Made by a program: the position numbers and the translations under genes. 64,000 nt of DNA from Tubulanus polymorphus. Taxonomy: Eukaryota; Animalia; Nemertea. Shown here in pieces: positions 37,136-53,100 of the stretch (the stretch's first letter is position 1; every line of letters begins with the position of its first letter). The notes beneath the pieces are model-generated. The model saw nothing but the letters and a program-made list of their open reading frames with translations. It ran no database searches and was not told the DNA's origin. The stretch covers positions 3,906,001-3,970,000 of the forward strand of contig NC_134036.1 in NCBI RefSeq assembly GCF_964204645.1, read 5' to 3'.

Positions 37136-39130
37136 TTACCTGTTACGACACTTATGATGCGTTCAGACTTCTCCTGAGAAATTTCCAAATTGAGATGAAA
37201 TAAATATAAACACCAGACATTAGACATTACATCAGCATACATTCAAAACCTGATCATTACTTAACACTACGGGGCGCTTTCCATTGTATCATTTCTTGGA
37301 TGTTTCACCCGATCAAGTGAACTACATCATTTAAATTGATTTTAGGATGAAAAATATTGTCATAAGATGACCTCGGGATAAATATATTAACACCTTGAAA
37401 CCGTGACCGTGATATTCGATAGATTCCTCTTTGAAATCTCTTACGTCCATATGGAAATGTATTAAGCTTAGCAGAATTGATATGAAAACTTTACAGCTGA
37501 AATTCTATATAAACTTCGCATCTGCGCAGTATAGTTTAAACATTATACAATCGTGGATATAAAGGTTATAGTTATGCACTAGGGGAAGCTTGAGATAAAT
37601 ATAGGCGTTTTACTGGTGGTGCTGCAATAAGTGGTTATACCTGCAGCGCTTGGTGTCTCGTTTTAGAACGACACATCCTATATACGTATGGTTGAGATAT
37701 GCCTATAACAATACACGTCTCCATAGATAAAGGTGTCTGAAGCGTGCAGACGATATCCTAACTGACTGACGTCACAATATTGGCTTTTCACCTAACGCGC
37801 CGCAGTCTTTCTAGACCTGGCTGTACGCGGCTGTTTTAGTTTCGTTGCGTTGCCCTAAGAAATAGGCAAATCAGTGAATTTGGCCTCAACTCTTCAATTG
37901 ACCCTAGCTTTTCCTAATCCATTTACCAAAGTGTTGATGTGATGGCGGTTCGAATCTTCGTTTGTTTCGTAAATTATTAAAAATGTATAAATGGGATACT
38001 GGCCCTCACCAGATAGCGCAACATGACTTTGGGTAATTCGTATAGAGTGAAATGATCAGTTCATTATCATTGAAATATGAACTCGATTTTAGGCTTGCTC
38101 ATACGAAAATGATCAAACAAGTCATCGCATAGATACAACATCCGCCTTCTCACTCAATAATGGTATAGCTTTTTTTGATTTACTAATGAGAAAAGTTGAT
38201 TCGAATTTAATTGAAATCTAGGTAATTGAAGCGCGGTAATCTAGTGCCACTAACGATCCTGGCGGATTATCGCTGAATCTTCGCTTGCCGCTGTAGCGTT
38301 GTCGGTGTCCCATTGCCGTGTGTCTATGCAAGATTTAAGTAAGATTTCTTGACCCGAATGTCCCTCTGACGGCTGAGGTTATTTACTCTCAAATACGCCA
38401 AAGATTCTTGTAATCGTGTCCATTCTATTTTTTCCTCCGTATATTATCACTGTGGTCGAATCGTGTACATAAAATATGCTTTCTGCATAACGTATTCCTG
38501 TTGTTTTTTCCATAAATTTCATAATCTTGTCTGATGGTGAAGTAATTGTTTGTTAATCGCATCTCTTTATCGGCGGTTAATGAAAATTGTTTTCTGCTGA
38601 ATAATTCGACCTATTTCCGATTCATTCCACGGTGAATTGAATTGCTCTGACAACACATATTACGGTTAAGTGATACGTGCAGTTGATTCTATCAAAAGCG
38701 TTATACTCTTTAAGTAACGACCGATCTTCAGGCATTAGAAAAATAAGTCTGGTCGTTATAAACTCGTTATAATTTGCAATATCCAATCGGAAATTGCAAC
38801 CAAGAAATCTCATGGACTTTCACGATTCCTAGAAAGTCTTTAGTTATTGCCGACGGTTTGGTAATGTTGATGTTTAAATCGACACGGTATTTAAAAAGGT
38901 GCAATGTGACAACATCAAAACAACAATTTGGTAATGCCGTACGCCTTACATAACCCGGATCAACTGGGACGGCCAAAACGAGCGGAGGCTGAGTTAAAAT
39001 GGTTATATGAGATAGTAAATCGCAAGGATGATTTAATTTTTGTCGAAAAATAGCTATAACTGAGTAAGGCTAGGTTTACAACAATACGCGTGCTATTCTA
39101 GCTATTCTATTTCGGTAGAAAAAACGTCGT

Positions 39131-42100
39131 TCATTTTCTTCTTTTATTCTTTGCTCGTATGGATTTCATATCGATAGTCAGTATGGTGTAAAGAAGGGGA
39201 TTGAGGGACGAGTTGATCGGCAAGAAAAGAACCGCCAGCCAAGCCGCCACCTGATTCGGTATTTGTACCCCGAATACGGCGCAAAACTGGACGATAATTA
39301 ACGGCAGCCAGCAAAATAGATTACAGAGATTTATCACCAAACTCCTACGTGCCAAAATCAGTTCGGTAGGGTCGATTCTCCCAGAGCCAGACCTGCTTCC
39401 TGATACGAGTCTGTACATTTGCGCATATGTCCCCATTATTGTAGCAAGTATGACAGAGTTAAACACGGCAAAAATAGCGAATGAATATTGCCAGGCGTTG
39501 ACATCAATGGTGATTAAATTCATAGGTAAACAAACACCGGTAGTGCCGTAGAAATTATCTCCAAAGTAAGGGTAAGGCGCTAGAGGCAGCAATGCAATGC
39601 CACTCAAAACAATCCAACATGTACAGCAAATAATGGACACAAATCTTTGAGATTTCAGGTTTCCGGAAAATGGATTAACGATATTTGAATATCTGTGGCG
39701 CGTCATGATTAATAGAAACGTCAATGAGCCTTCACAAGAGATTGACACAACGACCCCTGCAAGATGACAAAATACACTTCCCGTCCAAGATTCGGAATTA
39801 AGGAAATAGACACCTTTGAAGATGTAATCTGCCCCGGCGATCAGGAACAGATAAACCGACATCATAAAATCGCAGACAGCTACATTGATGATGAGGATAT
39901 CCGAGGATGGATTGGATTTATCAGAAGAAAATCGAATCGCTTGAACGCGAAGAGAAATGACTATTCCGTTGGCGAAAAAGCTGAACGAAGCGATCACCCA
40001 AATGACGGTTCTAAGGACCGTGTTACCCATCAGGTCGGAGCACGACGAGAACGGGTCGGGTTCTGGAAAACATTCATCGACATTGGGTACCATGCAGCAA
40101 AACTTGTAAGCATCTGATCTCAGGGAGACTAATGATGTCAAATTGTCGAAAACGTTTCTGTCGACGGAAACGACTTTCGAGTTTTCGGACAAATCAAGGA
40201 TTTCAAGCGTCGTCAGCCCGGAAAATGCGTAAAGCGAAATACGATCGATTCTGTTAGCGCTGATGTTTAAAGACAGTAAAGCAGAAAGACCCGCAAACGA
40301 GTATTCATAAAGCGTCAGCATTGAAAGTCCGTGAAGGTCGAGAGATTGGAGAGACCTCAAACCTTGGAAACTGCCTTCTTCTAAATAAGTCAGTGGATTT
40401 CGCGTGATGAACAGTTCTTTCAAACTATACAAACCGGCGAACGTGTTGGCGGATAATGACGTTATGGTGTTATGGGTAAGGTCTAATGTATATAGATTAT
40501 GCAGGTTTGAGAATGAGTTCGGTAAGATGTCAGACAAATCGTTGGAGGAGAGATTGAGCATGCGAAGATAGACGTATGGGGAAAATGTTGACGGGTCCAA
40601 GATAATTTGATTTTTCGACAAAATTAAGACTCGAGTTGATGAAGAAAAGAGACCACTTATATTTGTTAAACGAGCATTGTAGCATTCGATCGAATGACCT
40701 TGGCACTGACAGCCTCTAGAGCACGTGGCACTGCAGAAAGCCTCATCATCAGTTGTATGTTTACAATTTACGACACCATTACAAACTTCGGATTGTGGGA
40801 TACATCGATTTTCCTGGCCACATTTAAACATTCCCGGACATGAAAATGTCTCGCAGTTTTCTTCGTCTTCTGAATTAGGACAGTCTGATTGACCATCGCA
40901 CACCTGTCTGATCGGTATACAGTACGATGCTGGACATTTGACAGTGCCAGCTGGACATTCAAATTCTTCACATCTCAATACGTGCTCAAGATTTCTACAA
41001 ACTGGGTAACTATTCAGCAATCTCTCTAGAATACACCTGTGACGTCTTAAATAACAATGAGGAGAATTGAAAGAACATCTTTGTTCATCAGATTCTGTGC
41101 ATAGAGTTGTGAAGTTAGTCGTACATTGGTTTTCATTATCGCAATGAACGGTAGGATTTACCGTAATATTAGTAGCTGCAACTATTTCATCTTCTTCAAG
41201 GCTACCACTACAATCCACGACACCATCCTGATACAACTGAGAACTGATACAGTCTCCACTGTTACACAGGAACCCCTGACACGTTTCAGTGGTGCATCCC
41301 ATTTCATCGGAGTCGTCTTTACAATTAGTGACTGCATTACATCTGTCCGACCTACTAATACATTGACCATTTTCACAGCGAAATTGTTCAGACAAACACG
41401 GGGGATGAAAACACGAGTTCTCATCGGAACCATCCACGCAATCCTGTATGAAATCACAGAATCCACTTATTGATATGACTTGACCATCGTAGCATCTGAA
41501 ATGACCGTGTAAATTGTTAACCGAACAATCGAGTTCATCTTCACCGTGTTGACAGTCGTGTCTGGTATCACATACGCGATGGTCGCTGATACATCTTCGA
41601 TCGTTACATTCAAACTGCCACGATTTACAACCGCTTATAGAAGCCAACTCTTCGCTAGTTACGTTGCATGAACACAAAACAGAATGTGCTTTATCTGTTC
41701 TATTTTCCCAGGGAATCAATAACCAATTAACCGATTTATTGTATGTTATTTCATCTCTGGTAACAACTGGTTTCAGTGTCCTCCATTGATTGTTAGAATC
41801 CTTAGTAAGAATAGCGCCATATTGGTGCTGATAACGAAACCTTCCAACCAAATTTTCGACAACTGTCGCCACCGATATCTCACCTATATCACCGCAGATG
41901 CCACGACACATTTCTCTCGCGCTTCCAATATCTAAACTTCGGTTTTCGTTCCAATTTGTCAGTATTTGAAGACATCGTCCCGCTATACCTACCCAACCTC
42001 GTGTACAGGTTGCGTTGAACATATTGTTATCAACCTTATCCCGATTCCCAGTCGGAGACGTTTCGTTATCCGTCTTATTGCTATCTTTCCCAGTTTTATC

Positions 42101-45100
42101 GATGTTGATTCTGTCCGTTTCGCACATGAAAGTCGTGTGAACCTCGTCGATTTCGCAGGGGAATCGAACCCAGTTCGCTGAACCTCGTGGATTATTCAGT
42201 ATCATCGCTGTACATGGCATATTGACGTCATTTATCGGTTGTTTCCTTACAGCAGATATCAAACCTTGAATAACTTCTGGTATCGTTTCGTTGCTACTCG
42301 GTGTCCGGTACCACTCTGTGTAGCTCATCGGTTTTCCATCGGTCCACGTATAACGACCAGTTGTCAGCTGAGAAAATAGAATAAAATATTGTATCAGTCA
42401 TATAAAAAACCCAAACAACGCTCAATTACCTTCCACCTGCTTCGCTCCCGGAAAGTGCGTTGGGTTTTAAGGGACACAATATCAGATGAAATCTACCAAT
42501 CGAATGATAACGGGGTAAATCGGTATTCTAAGATTTAAAAAATAAACGTAAAAATGCCACGTAAAAATTAATGAATAACGTCCGAAAAGCGATAGTTCGT
42601 TCATAGCACCCCAACTGGTCCTCTTTTCAAAAAAGATATAAATTTCATCATTATTTTGAAAAATAATTGAATTCCATGATCTAATTCAACTGCAGATTGT
42701 CAATACACTCAAAACACGCTCCCACCTCCACTTCTGAATATATTTCGTCATAATATTGACCTCCACTCCCACTGACTAAAAGACTAAAAACTAAACTTTG
42801 CGCAAGCTGCTTTACACGAATCCAAATTATACAGCAAAAATCTTTATTAGCCCAGATGCCTTGTATCTGGTGAGTTAATCATAATTTTCTCCGTTTATCA
42901 ACACCAGCCTGAATTAACTATCTTTCTTATTTAAAGACAAAACTTTTTTGAAATACTTGTAACTATTCGTTTCCGTATTAGTTAAACCTGGTATGTTCAA
43001 ATTCTATACTCATCACCTAATTTATTATCATTATCTCGATGTCGTTATCAATGTTGTCATTATTATAATCGTGGGGGCTTGCACTAGAACCCCCGTATTA
43101 AGTAATCAATTTAAAAAACTCATTGATTGTTCATTTCCTTGTACGAGAAATCTTTCGTAGCTTTTCTCTATTTTGGGTTGTTTCTTAATATTCAATAGAT
43201 TTCATGCACCTGTAATTTCAAACCGATCATTATTATGAGCGCTTTTCTAGAAAATGCCATCTTCATCAGAGGATTTACAGCGAATAACGTTTTGATAGCC
43301 ATCATCTCCTGTTGTGAGTTGATACTGAGTAGATGTCCCGCGTACTTCTGTCTACAATACAATTCAGCATTATCCCAATTCAGACGTACTTTTCTGATGA
43401 ATTTCACGCAGGAAAATCCCGAATCTAAAAGCCCTGCTGATTCGCAGACATTGCCGCGTTGTTTCGGCATTAGATTCTGTTCTAAGACGTATTGTATGCG
43501 AAATCTGGGCATTCTGTTTTTCACCTCGAGCCACAGCGATCTTTCCTGCAGACTATAGAATGTAACTCCCGGTACACCGTACATTTCGCATAGTTTATCC
43601 TCGTGACGGGCGTTACTCCTGTCTTTGCCATATATGACATTGTGGCTGATCTCCTGCACGAATACAACCGCTTCTGTTTTGTATGAAGTTTCTTTGATGC
43701 ACGGCACTTCTTCCATATCTTTGATAACGAAACGGTAATACTGAATTCGCGTGCTGTTCACCCCGAACCCGACGTTGTATTTCAAAACGACGTTGGAACT
43801 GCCGGCCGTTCCCGGGTAGTTCGGCGACTGCACGATCCCGCAATCCACTTCACTTAGCTTCGACCAGTCGATGTATTCGTTGTGCTTTTTCAAGCTTTGG
43901 CAGGTGCGCAGCAATTCAACAATGTAGGCGAATCTCCAGAACAAATCGGCCTTGTTGATTTTGACCGTGTACTTGAAGAGGACACTGCTGCTGCCACTAT
44001 TGTTGCTGGTGTTGAGGCGCTGGCTACTGAGCGGCATGGCGCGTTTACATGTATGGGTAGGGGACATATGATCGGGCACGCACGAGCCGATTTCGTATTC
44101 GTACGGCGTCAATATGTAAATACTACGTGGCGCAACCTGTCGTTTTTCGGGCATAATCCTGAAACAGCGCGACGTCACCGTAACCCGGCGCTCTCCTTGT
44201 CGCAGAGTGTAGCCGTCGCAGTCAGATGGACGTAACATCAATTTCGCTTTCATCCGATCGTAAACCAACCTCTTGCCCTGACAATTGTATGTGTAGCCAA
44301 CTACGATAACCGGGCCGCCCGAGGTAATCAGACTGACGACGCTGCGTCGATAACCCGACGAACTGGGGCAATACGGGCCGTATCGTCTAGCCGTAAAATT
44401 ACCACCGTCGTATATGTAAAATCCGACGTTTTCGCAATCAACCGATAACACCCCTAGTTCGAGCTTCTGTTCAGTTATTTGGACTTTCCAGGTGAATTCG
44501 TACGCGATAACGCGATATTTCAACGTCCTAGTTGGAAATGGAAGCATCGTGTAATATGCCAATGACGCTGAAGCACGATAGCCGCGTATCTGAAATAAAT
44601 TCGAATGAATTAATGAATTCAGTGGCAGTATAATTAAGATATAGTCAACCCCTGATATACCGCCAACATCGGTAATCTAAAATTTCAGCGGTATATTGTT
44701 AATTTTGACTACTTCTATGACAAAAAAACACATAGCACAGAATATACAGCACTGGAAAACCCTGGCTCTACGTGGGGATATTCGGTTTAACATCATTAAT
44801 ACGAAATCATAGAAATTTGAAATGTGATACGGAATCATTATTTAGTTGAGTATTTCGTATTATAACAACTGACTCTAAAGTTGTAAAAGAGGTCGGAACA
44901 TAATTTATTCGATCATTCAATTATTCCGTCAGCTCCTGACACAACAGCAAACACATTTGCGTTATTAAACATCAATCGAGACAAAAATCAGAATTCCCGC
45001 ACTTACCGAAGGCTTATGAATGCGAAACTCTGATAATGAAAGCAATTTCATTCTGAATTCTATTCTTACATTCACATTTTTGATTTTCGGTCTCGTAAGA

Positions 45101-46227
45101 ACGCACAGTATGACGAGAAATCCTTCAGATTTGAGACTCAGTGATTTCAGGTAGTTGTAACCGAGTAAAATATCAGTTCCTACAACGCGTAACCCTTCTT
45201 GTTTATATACACCGATTACGTCATCGGATGTGACGAGATCACGTGTCCAGTTGAAGACGACGTACTGTAACACCTGCACTGTGATAGACCAGCAGTGTAA
45301 GTGTTTTGATCGAGTTATTACGTGTAAACTGCTGTCATTGGGAATGAGCACTCCCGACTTGTTATTAGAGATCTGAATCAACGGATTAGAGACGTTCCAA
45401 TCTGATATTCTGTACATCTGGATTAAAAGCTCAGTCGTTGTCTTGCGTTGATCCGACACGAAAATGGTGGCTTTGTTAGTTTTGGTATAAAACGATGACG
45501 GCTGCTGTCCGCTCTGAACGCCTATAAGCGCTATCGGTTCACTGCTGATGTTCCAGCCATCGTAGATTCGAAAAGTCGCCGCTGGATCAACATCAGGGCC
45601 AGCTCTCACTTGTAGGTCTAAATCTACGAATGTGAAATTCATCGCCACACCATACGGGATGTCGATCCATTCGATGAACAACTGACATCGGAAATTAAGG
45701 TACATCGCGAATTTGTATCCGGTCGATGTGTTTAACTTATTCACTTTAAAATTCCATCTCCCGCTGTGACTGATTCTCAATTGGTTTCTTTCGTAACGAT
45801 ATATGATATAAACCCGACTACCTCGCGCACCAACGACGTTACTTCTAAACATTAATGAGATCGAATCGTTACGAACGATGTCGTATTTTCCGTTACCGCA
45901 TATGGTCTTCCCGTCGACGAATAGGTAGTTATCACTGCAGAATATTGACAGCTCGATATCGTAGTACGTTTCGACGTGAAAAGTTCCCGGTAAAGAGCTG
46001 TTGACGAACCAACGACATTCAACACCGCGCGTTAACGAAGGGTAATTCGGCGAAGCGATGTAACCGGACGTAGAATCTAGCGGGTTCCACGTATTGTTAC
46101 AAGACGAACTTACCGTCACAGACGATTCCTCGATAGAGTCTGCGCGATCAGCGCGCGCGATGCGAACTTGACAGACGATCAGCGACGCTAACAGCGTTCT
46201 CAGTCGCTGCTCCATACCGAACAACAT
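39131..46227 (-). CDS. GRL101: Array copy 2 (exon-3 type B): CUB/C-type lectin/LDLa/LRR GRL101-like GPCR; complement(join(45007..46227,43210..44589,39131..42367)), ~1945 aa
   Basis: Same phase-0 splice sites and domain order as copy 1; all three exons are open. Confidence 0.85.
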
Positions 46228-49200
46228 CAACACGGTGATGAAAGATCAAAATTTCTAAAATCTGTCCGATCAAAAAATACATTACTCTGGTGGAGCCATG
46301 AATACTTCAACTACTCGCTTTTCTTGTATCAACTGAGCGATTTCAATGCTCGATTTACAGTAAATTAAGATGGAACCATGCCTCGGATTTCCTCACTATA
46401 TCGACGACGCCCGCGGGGTATGTATACATCGTGTTCTCCAAAGGAATCCATTCCCTGCGACATCATTTTTTAGGATATCGTATTTGATTTCCTATTGGAT
46501 TTCTGACTCTGCAGCTTTTGAGTTCGACATACATCTAGGCATACATAGATAATATCGACATCTGCTAACTAGTTTGTTTTTGAAGTGAAAAATAACTATT
46601 TTTGCAAATTTATCAGAGTATTGATAACTTGACCTGGAAAATTCTGAAACCTCAACATATTGTCTTATCATTTTAAAATGGTTATGCCTTAAGGAATAAA
46701 TGCTTTTAGCCCTCCAAAATACCCCTTAATACCCGGCGTCCCTAAAGATTAATACTTGTACGGTGAAGCCCGCTTCAAATCGGATTACTCCGACTACTAA
46801 AAATCCGACCTTAACAGATTTTAATATCAATCTAACCATACCTTTCGCATCAAATAATTTCTTGTTCGCTTTCTCCCTATCTTTTTAAAAAAAAATATAT
46901 TTCAATCTAAACACCTCTTTCTCGAGACTCTTTTGCCTTAAAAAATTCCCCAATTATTCTAAAAAATAATAATTCACTATTTTTTGGATCACGAAAAAAA
47001 GACGTCTATTTTCAGGATTGAAATATCATCAGGACCTAAAATTAAATACTTATTTGCTGACGGTAAAAATCTTCTCCGCTGCAGTCATTTTTTTTTAAAT
47101 ACACATCAATCTATACACCTCTTTCTCGAGACTCTTTTGGCTTTAAAAATTTCCCAAATTATTCTACAGAATAATAATTCACTATTTTGGAATCATAAAA
47201 AAGACGTCTATTTTCAGGATTCAAATATCATCAGGACCTAAAACTAAATACTTATTTGCTGTCGATAGAAATCCTCTTCGCTGCAGTCAAATTCAATCTG
47301 CAACAACACGAGGCTGAGCACTCCTATTAGAAATCAATTCGCATTATCATTACCATATCTTTAAAATTTATGTAGAGATAAATTCTTGATTGAAGATAAA
47401 CAACAAACACTAGATATAAGACATTTTATCACTGAACGTTTAACAAGTGATCGTCGGCACTTGAGAATCGAGAATGATCAGTAAATACTCGACATTCGGG
47501 ATTTCACCACAGGAATTTTCGATTGGAGATGAACTACAAACACTAGATATGTTATAAGACATTTTATCGCCACAGTATTAATGGTTGATCGTCCAAATCC
47601 GCCACGTAAAATCCCCCGGTAAATATCCCCGTGGGTTAAAATACCACCGGTAAAAAGCACCCAAAATTCAGTTTTAAACTAGTGTATGTAACTAAGATAA
47701 AAATATCCAGATAATGTTTTAATAAAGATTTTGCGATATTTGAACACCGATATTTTATTATGACTTTCGAATTATTTTTTTTTTCATAGAAATCATCAAA
47801 ACTACAATCGTGTCAATTTTGATGCATGTAACTTGCATGCTTGCTGAAAGTCACAGAATATTGTCATTCTGATATTGTGACTAATACCATACATAGTTTT
47901 GGATTCATGATAATCTATCAACATGAGAATGTTGAAACATTTAAATCAGTTGAGAATCACAATAACCGTGATGAGACGATGAGTAAAAATCCAACAATAA
48001 ATGTACGAATCTAAAAAATTCATTGAAAAAATTCTAGATATTGTGGGTGTTTGCCACCACCCTTCTTCGGCCTAAAATGACTTGACAAATAAATCTCGTA
48101 TTTAGTTGACATTTAGATGGTTTTGTTTTGAAATCAAATTTGTGGGAAATTTTTTCACCTACCGGGGGATGTTTTGGGGGATTTTTACGGAGGGGGGGGG
48201 GTTGTTATCTGTTACGACACTTATCATGCGTTCAGTACTTCTTCTGAGAAATTTCCAAATTGAGATGAAATATAAACACCAGACATTAGACATTTCATCA
48301 GCATACATTCAAAAACTGATCATTATCACTTAACACTACGGGGCGCTATCCATTGTAATATTTCTTGGATGTTTCACCCGATCAAGTGAACTACATCATT
48401 AAAATGGATTTTAGGATGAAAAATATTGTCATAAGGTGACCTTGGAATAAATACATTAACACCTTGAAACTGTGACGGTGATATTCGATAGATTCCTCTT
48501 TGAAATCTCTTACGTTCATATGGAAATGTATTAAGCTTAGCTGAATTGATATGAAAACTTTACAGCTGAAATTCTATATAAACTTCGCATCTGCGCAGTA
48601 TAGTTTAAACATTGTACAATCGTGGATATAAAGGTTATAGTTATGTACTATGGGAAGCTTGAGATAAATATAGGTGTTTCTGGTGGTGCTGGGATAGGTG
48701 GTTATACCTGCAGCGCTTGATGTATCGTTTTGGAACGACACATCCTATATACGTGTGGTTGAGATATGTGTAACAATACACGTCTCTATAGATAAAGGTG
48801 TCTGAAGCGTGCAGACGATATCCTAACTGACTGACGCCTCAATATTGGCTTTTCGCCTTACGCGCTGCAGTCTTTCTAGACCTGGCTGTACGCGGCTGTT
48901 TTAGTTTCGTTGCGTTGCCTTAAGAAATAGGCAAATCAGTGAATTTGGCCTCAACTCTTCAATTGACCCTAGCTTTTCCTAATCCATTTACCAAAGTGTT
49001 GATGTGATGGCGGTTCGAATCTTCGTTTGTTTCGTAAATTATTAAAAATGTATAAATGGGATACTGGCCCTCACCAGATAGCGCAACATGACTTTGGGTA
49101 ATTCGTATATAGTGAAATGATCAGTTCATTATCATTGAAATATGAACTCGATTTTAGGCTTGCTCATACGAAAATGATCAAACAAGTCATCGCATAGATA

Positions 49201-50192
49201 CAACATCCGCCTTCTCACTCAATAATGGTATAGCTTTTTTGATTTACTAATGAGAAAAATTGATTCGAATTTAATTGAAATCTAGGTAATTGAAGCGCGG
49301 TAATCTAGTGCCACTAACGATCCTGGCGGATTATCGCTGAATCTTCGCTTGCCGCTGTAGCGTTGTCGGTGTCCCATTGCCGTGTGTCTATGCAAGATTT
49401 AAGTAAGATTTCATGACCCGAATGTCCCTCTGACGGCTGAGGTTATTTACTCTCAAATACGCCAAAGATTCTTTTAATCGTGTCCATTCTATTTTTTTCT
49501 CCGTATATTATCACTGTGGTCGAATCGTGTACATAAAATATGCTTTCTGCACAACGTATTCCTGTTGTTTTTTTCCATAAATTTCATAATCTTGTCTGAT
49601 GGTGAAGTAATTGTTTGTTAATCGCATGTCTTTATCGGCGGTTAATGAAAATTGTTTTCTGCTGAATAATTCGCCCTATTTCCGATTCATTCCACGGTGA
49701 ATTGAATTGCTCTGACAACACATATTACGGTTAAGTGATATGTGCAGTTGATTCTATCAAAAGCGTTATACTCTTTAAGTAACGACCGATCTTCAGGCAT
49801 TAGAAAAATAAGTCTGGTCGTTATAAACTCGTTATAATTTGCAATATCCAATCGGAAATTGCAACCAAGAAATCTCATGGACTTTCACGATTCCTGCAAA
49901 GTTATTAGTTATTGCCGACGGTTTGGTAATGTAGATGTTTAAATCGATACGGCATTTATAAAGGTGCAATGTGACATCAAAACAACAATTTGGTAATGCC
50001 GCACACCTAGCATAACCCGGATAAACTGGGACGGCCAAAACGAGCGGAGGCTGAGTTAAAATGGTTATATGAGATAGTAAATCGCAAGGGTGATTTAATT
50101 TTTGTCGAAAAATAGCTATAACTGAGTTAGGCTAGGTTTACAACAATACGCGTGCTATTCTAGCTATTCTATTTCGGTAGAAAAAACGTCGT

Positions 50193-53100
50193 TCATTTTC
50201 TTCTTTTATTCTTTGCTCGTATGGATTTCATATCGATAGTCAGTATGGTGTAAAGAAGGGGATTGAGGGACGAGTTGATCGGCAAGAAAAGAACCGCCAG
50301 CCAAGCCGCCACCTGATTCGGTATTTTTACCCCGAATACGGCGCAAAACTGGACGATAATTAACGGCAACCAGCAAAATAAATTACAAAGATTGATCACC
50401 AAACTCCTACGTGCCAGAATCAGTTCTGTAGGGTCGATTCTCCCAGAGCCAGACCTGCTTCCAGATACGAGTCTGTACATTTGCGCATATGTCCCCATTA
50501 TTGTAGCAAGTATGACAGAGTTAAACACGGCAAAAATAGCGAATGAATATTGCCAGGCGTTGACATCAATGGTGATTAAATTCATAGGTAAACAAACACC
50601 GGTAGTGCCGTAGAAATTATCTCCAAAGTAAGGGTAAGGCGCTAGAGGCAGCAATGCAATGCCACTCAAAACAATCCAACATGTACAGCAAATAATGGAC
50701 ACAAATCTTTGAGATTTCAGGTTTCCAGAAAATGGATTAACGATATTTGAATATCTGTGGCGCGTCATGATTAATAGAAACGTCAATGACCCTTCACAAG
50801 AGATTGACACAACGACCCCTGCAAGATGACAAAATACACTTCCCGTCCAAGATTCGGAATTAAGGAAATAGAAACCTTTGAAGATGTAATCTGCCCCGGC
50901 GATCAGGAATAGATAAACCGACATCATAAAATCGCAGACAGCTACATTGATGATGAGGATATCCGAGGATGGATTGGATTTATCAGAAGAAAATCGAATC
51001 GCTTGAACGCGAAGAGAAATGACTATTCCGTTAGCGAAAAAGCTGAACGAAGCGATCACCCAAATGACGGTTCTGAGGACCGTGTTACCCATCAGGTCTG
51101 AACAAGAGGAGAACGGGTCGGGTTTTGGAAAACATTCATCGACATTGGGTACCATGCAGCAAAACTTGTAAGCATCTGATCTCAGGGAGACTAATGATGT
51201 CAAATTGTCGAAAACGTTTCTGTCGACGGAAACGACTTTCGAGTTTTCGGACAAATCAAGGATTTCAAGCGTCGTCAGCCCGGAAAATGCGTAAAGCGAA
51301 ATACGATCGATTCTGTTAGCGCTGATGTTTAAAGACAGTAAAGCAGAAAGACCCGCAAACGAGTATTCATAAAGCGACAGCATTGAAAGTCCGTGAAGGT
51401 CGAGAGATTGGAGAGACCTCAAACCTTGGAAACTGCCTTCTTCTAAATAAGTCAGTGGATTTCTTGTGATGAACAGTTCTTTCAAACTATACAAACCGGC
51501 GAACGTGTTTGCGGATAATGACGTAATGGTGTTATGGGTAAGGTCTAATGTATATAGATTATGTAGGTTTGAGAATGAGTTCGGTAAAATGTGAGACAAT
51601 TCGTTGGAGGAGAGGTTGAGCATGCGAAGATAGACGTATGGGGAAAATGTTGACGGGTCCAAGATAATTTGATTTTTCGACAAAATTAAGACTCGAGTTG
51701 ATGTAGAAAAGAGACCACTTATATTTGTTAAACGAACATTGTAGCATTCGATCGAATGACCTTGGCACTGACAGCCTCTAGAGCACGTGGCACTGCAGAA
51801 AGCCTCATCATCAGTTGTATGTTTACAATTTACGACACCATTACAAACTTCGGATTGTGGGATACATCGATTTTCCTGGCCACATTTAAACATTCCCGGA
51901 CATGAAAATGTCTCGCAGTTTTCTTCGTCTTCTGAATTAGGACAATCTGATTGACCATCGCACACCTGGCTGATCGGTATACAGTACGATGCTGGACATT
52001 TGACAGTGCCAGCTGGACATTCAAATTCTTCACATCTCAATACGTGCTCAAGATTTCTACAAACTGGGTAACCATTCAGCAATCTCTCTAGAATACACCT
52101 GTGACGTCTTAAATAACAATGAGGAGAATTGAAAGAACATCTTTGTTCATCAGATTCTGTGCATAGAGTTGTGAAGTTAGTCGTACATTGGTTTTCATTA
52201 TCGCAATGAACGGTTGGATTTACCGTAATATTAGTAGCTGCAACTATTTCATCTTCTTCAAGGCTACCACTACAATCCACGACACCATCCTGATACAACT
52301 GAGAACTGATACAGTCTCCACTGTTACACAGGAACCCCTGACACGGTTCAGTGGTGCATCCCATTTCATCGGAGTCGTCTTTACAATTAGTGACTGCATT
52401 ACATCTGTTCGACCTACTAATACATTGACCATTTTCACAGCGAAATTGTTCAGACAAACACGGGGGATGAAAACACGAGTTCTCATCGGAACCATCCACG
52501 CAATCCTGTATGAAATCACAGAATCCACTTATTGATATGACTTGACCATCGTAGCATCTGAAATGACCGTGTAAATTGTTAACCGAACAATCGAGTTCAT
52601 CTTCACCGTGTTGACAGTCGTGTCTGGTATCACATACGCGATGGTCGCTGATACATCTTCGATCGTTACATTCAAACTGCCACGATTTACAACCGCTTAT
52701 AGAAGCTAACTCTTCGCTAGTTACGTTGCATGAACACAAAACAGAATGTGCTTTATCTGTTCTATTTTCCCAGGGAATCAATAACCAATTAACCGATTTA
52801 TTGTATGTTATTTCATCTCTGGTAACAACTGGTTTCAGTGTCCTCCATTGATTGTTAGAACCCTTAGTAAGAATAGCGCCATATTGGTGCTGATAACGAA
52901 ACCTTCCAACCAAATTTTCGACATCTGTCGCCACCGATATCTCACCTATATCACCGCAGATGCCACGACACATTTCTCTCGCGCTTCCAAAATCTAAACT
53001 TCGGTTTTCGTTCCAATTTGTCAGTATTTGAAGACATCGTCCGGCTATACCTACCCAACCTCGTGTACAGGTTGCGTTGAACATATTGTTATCAACCTTA

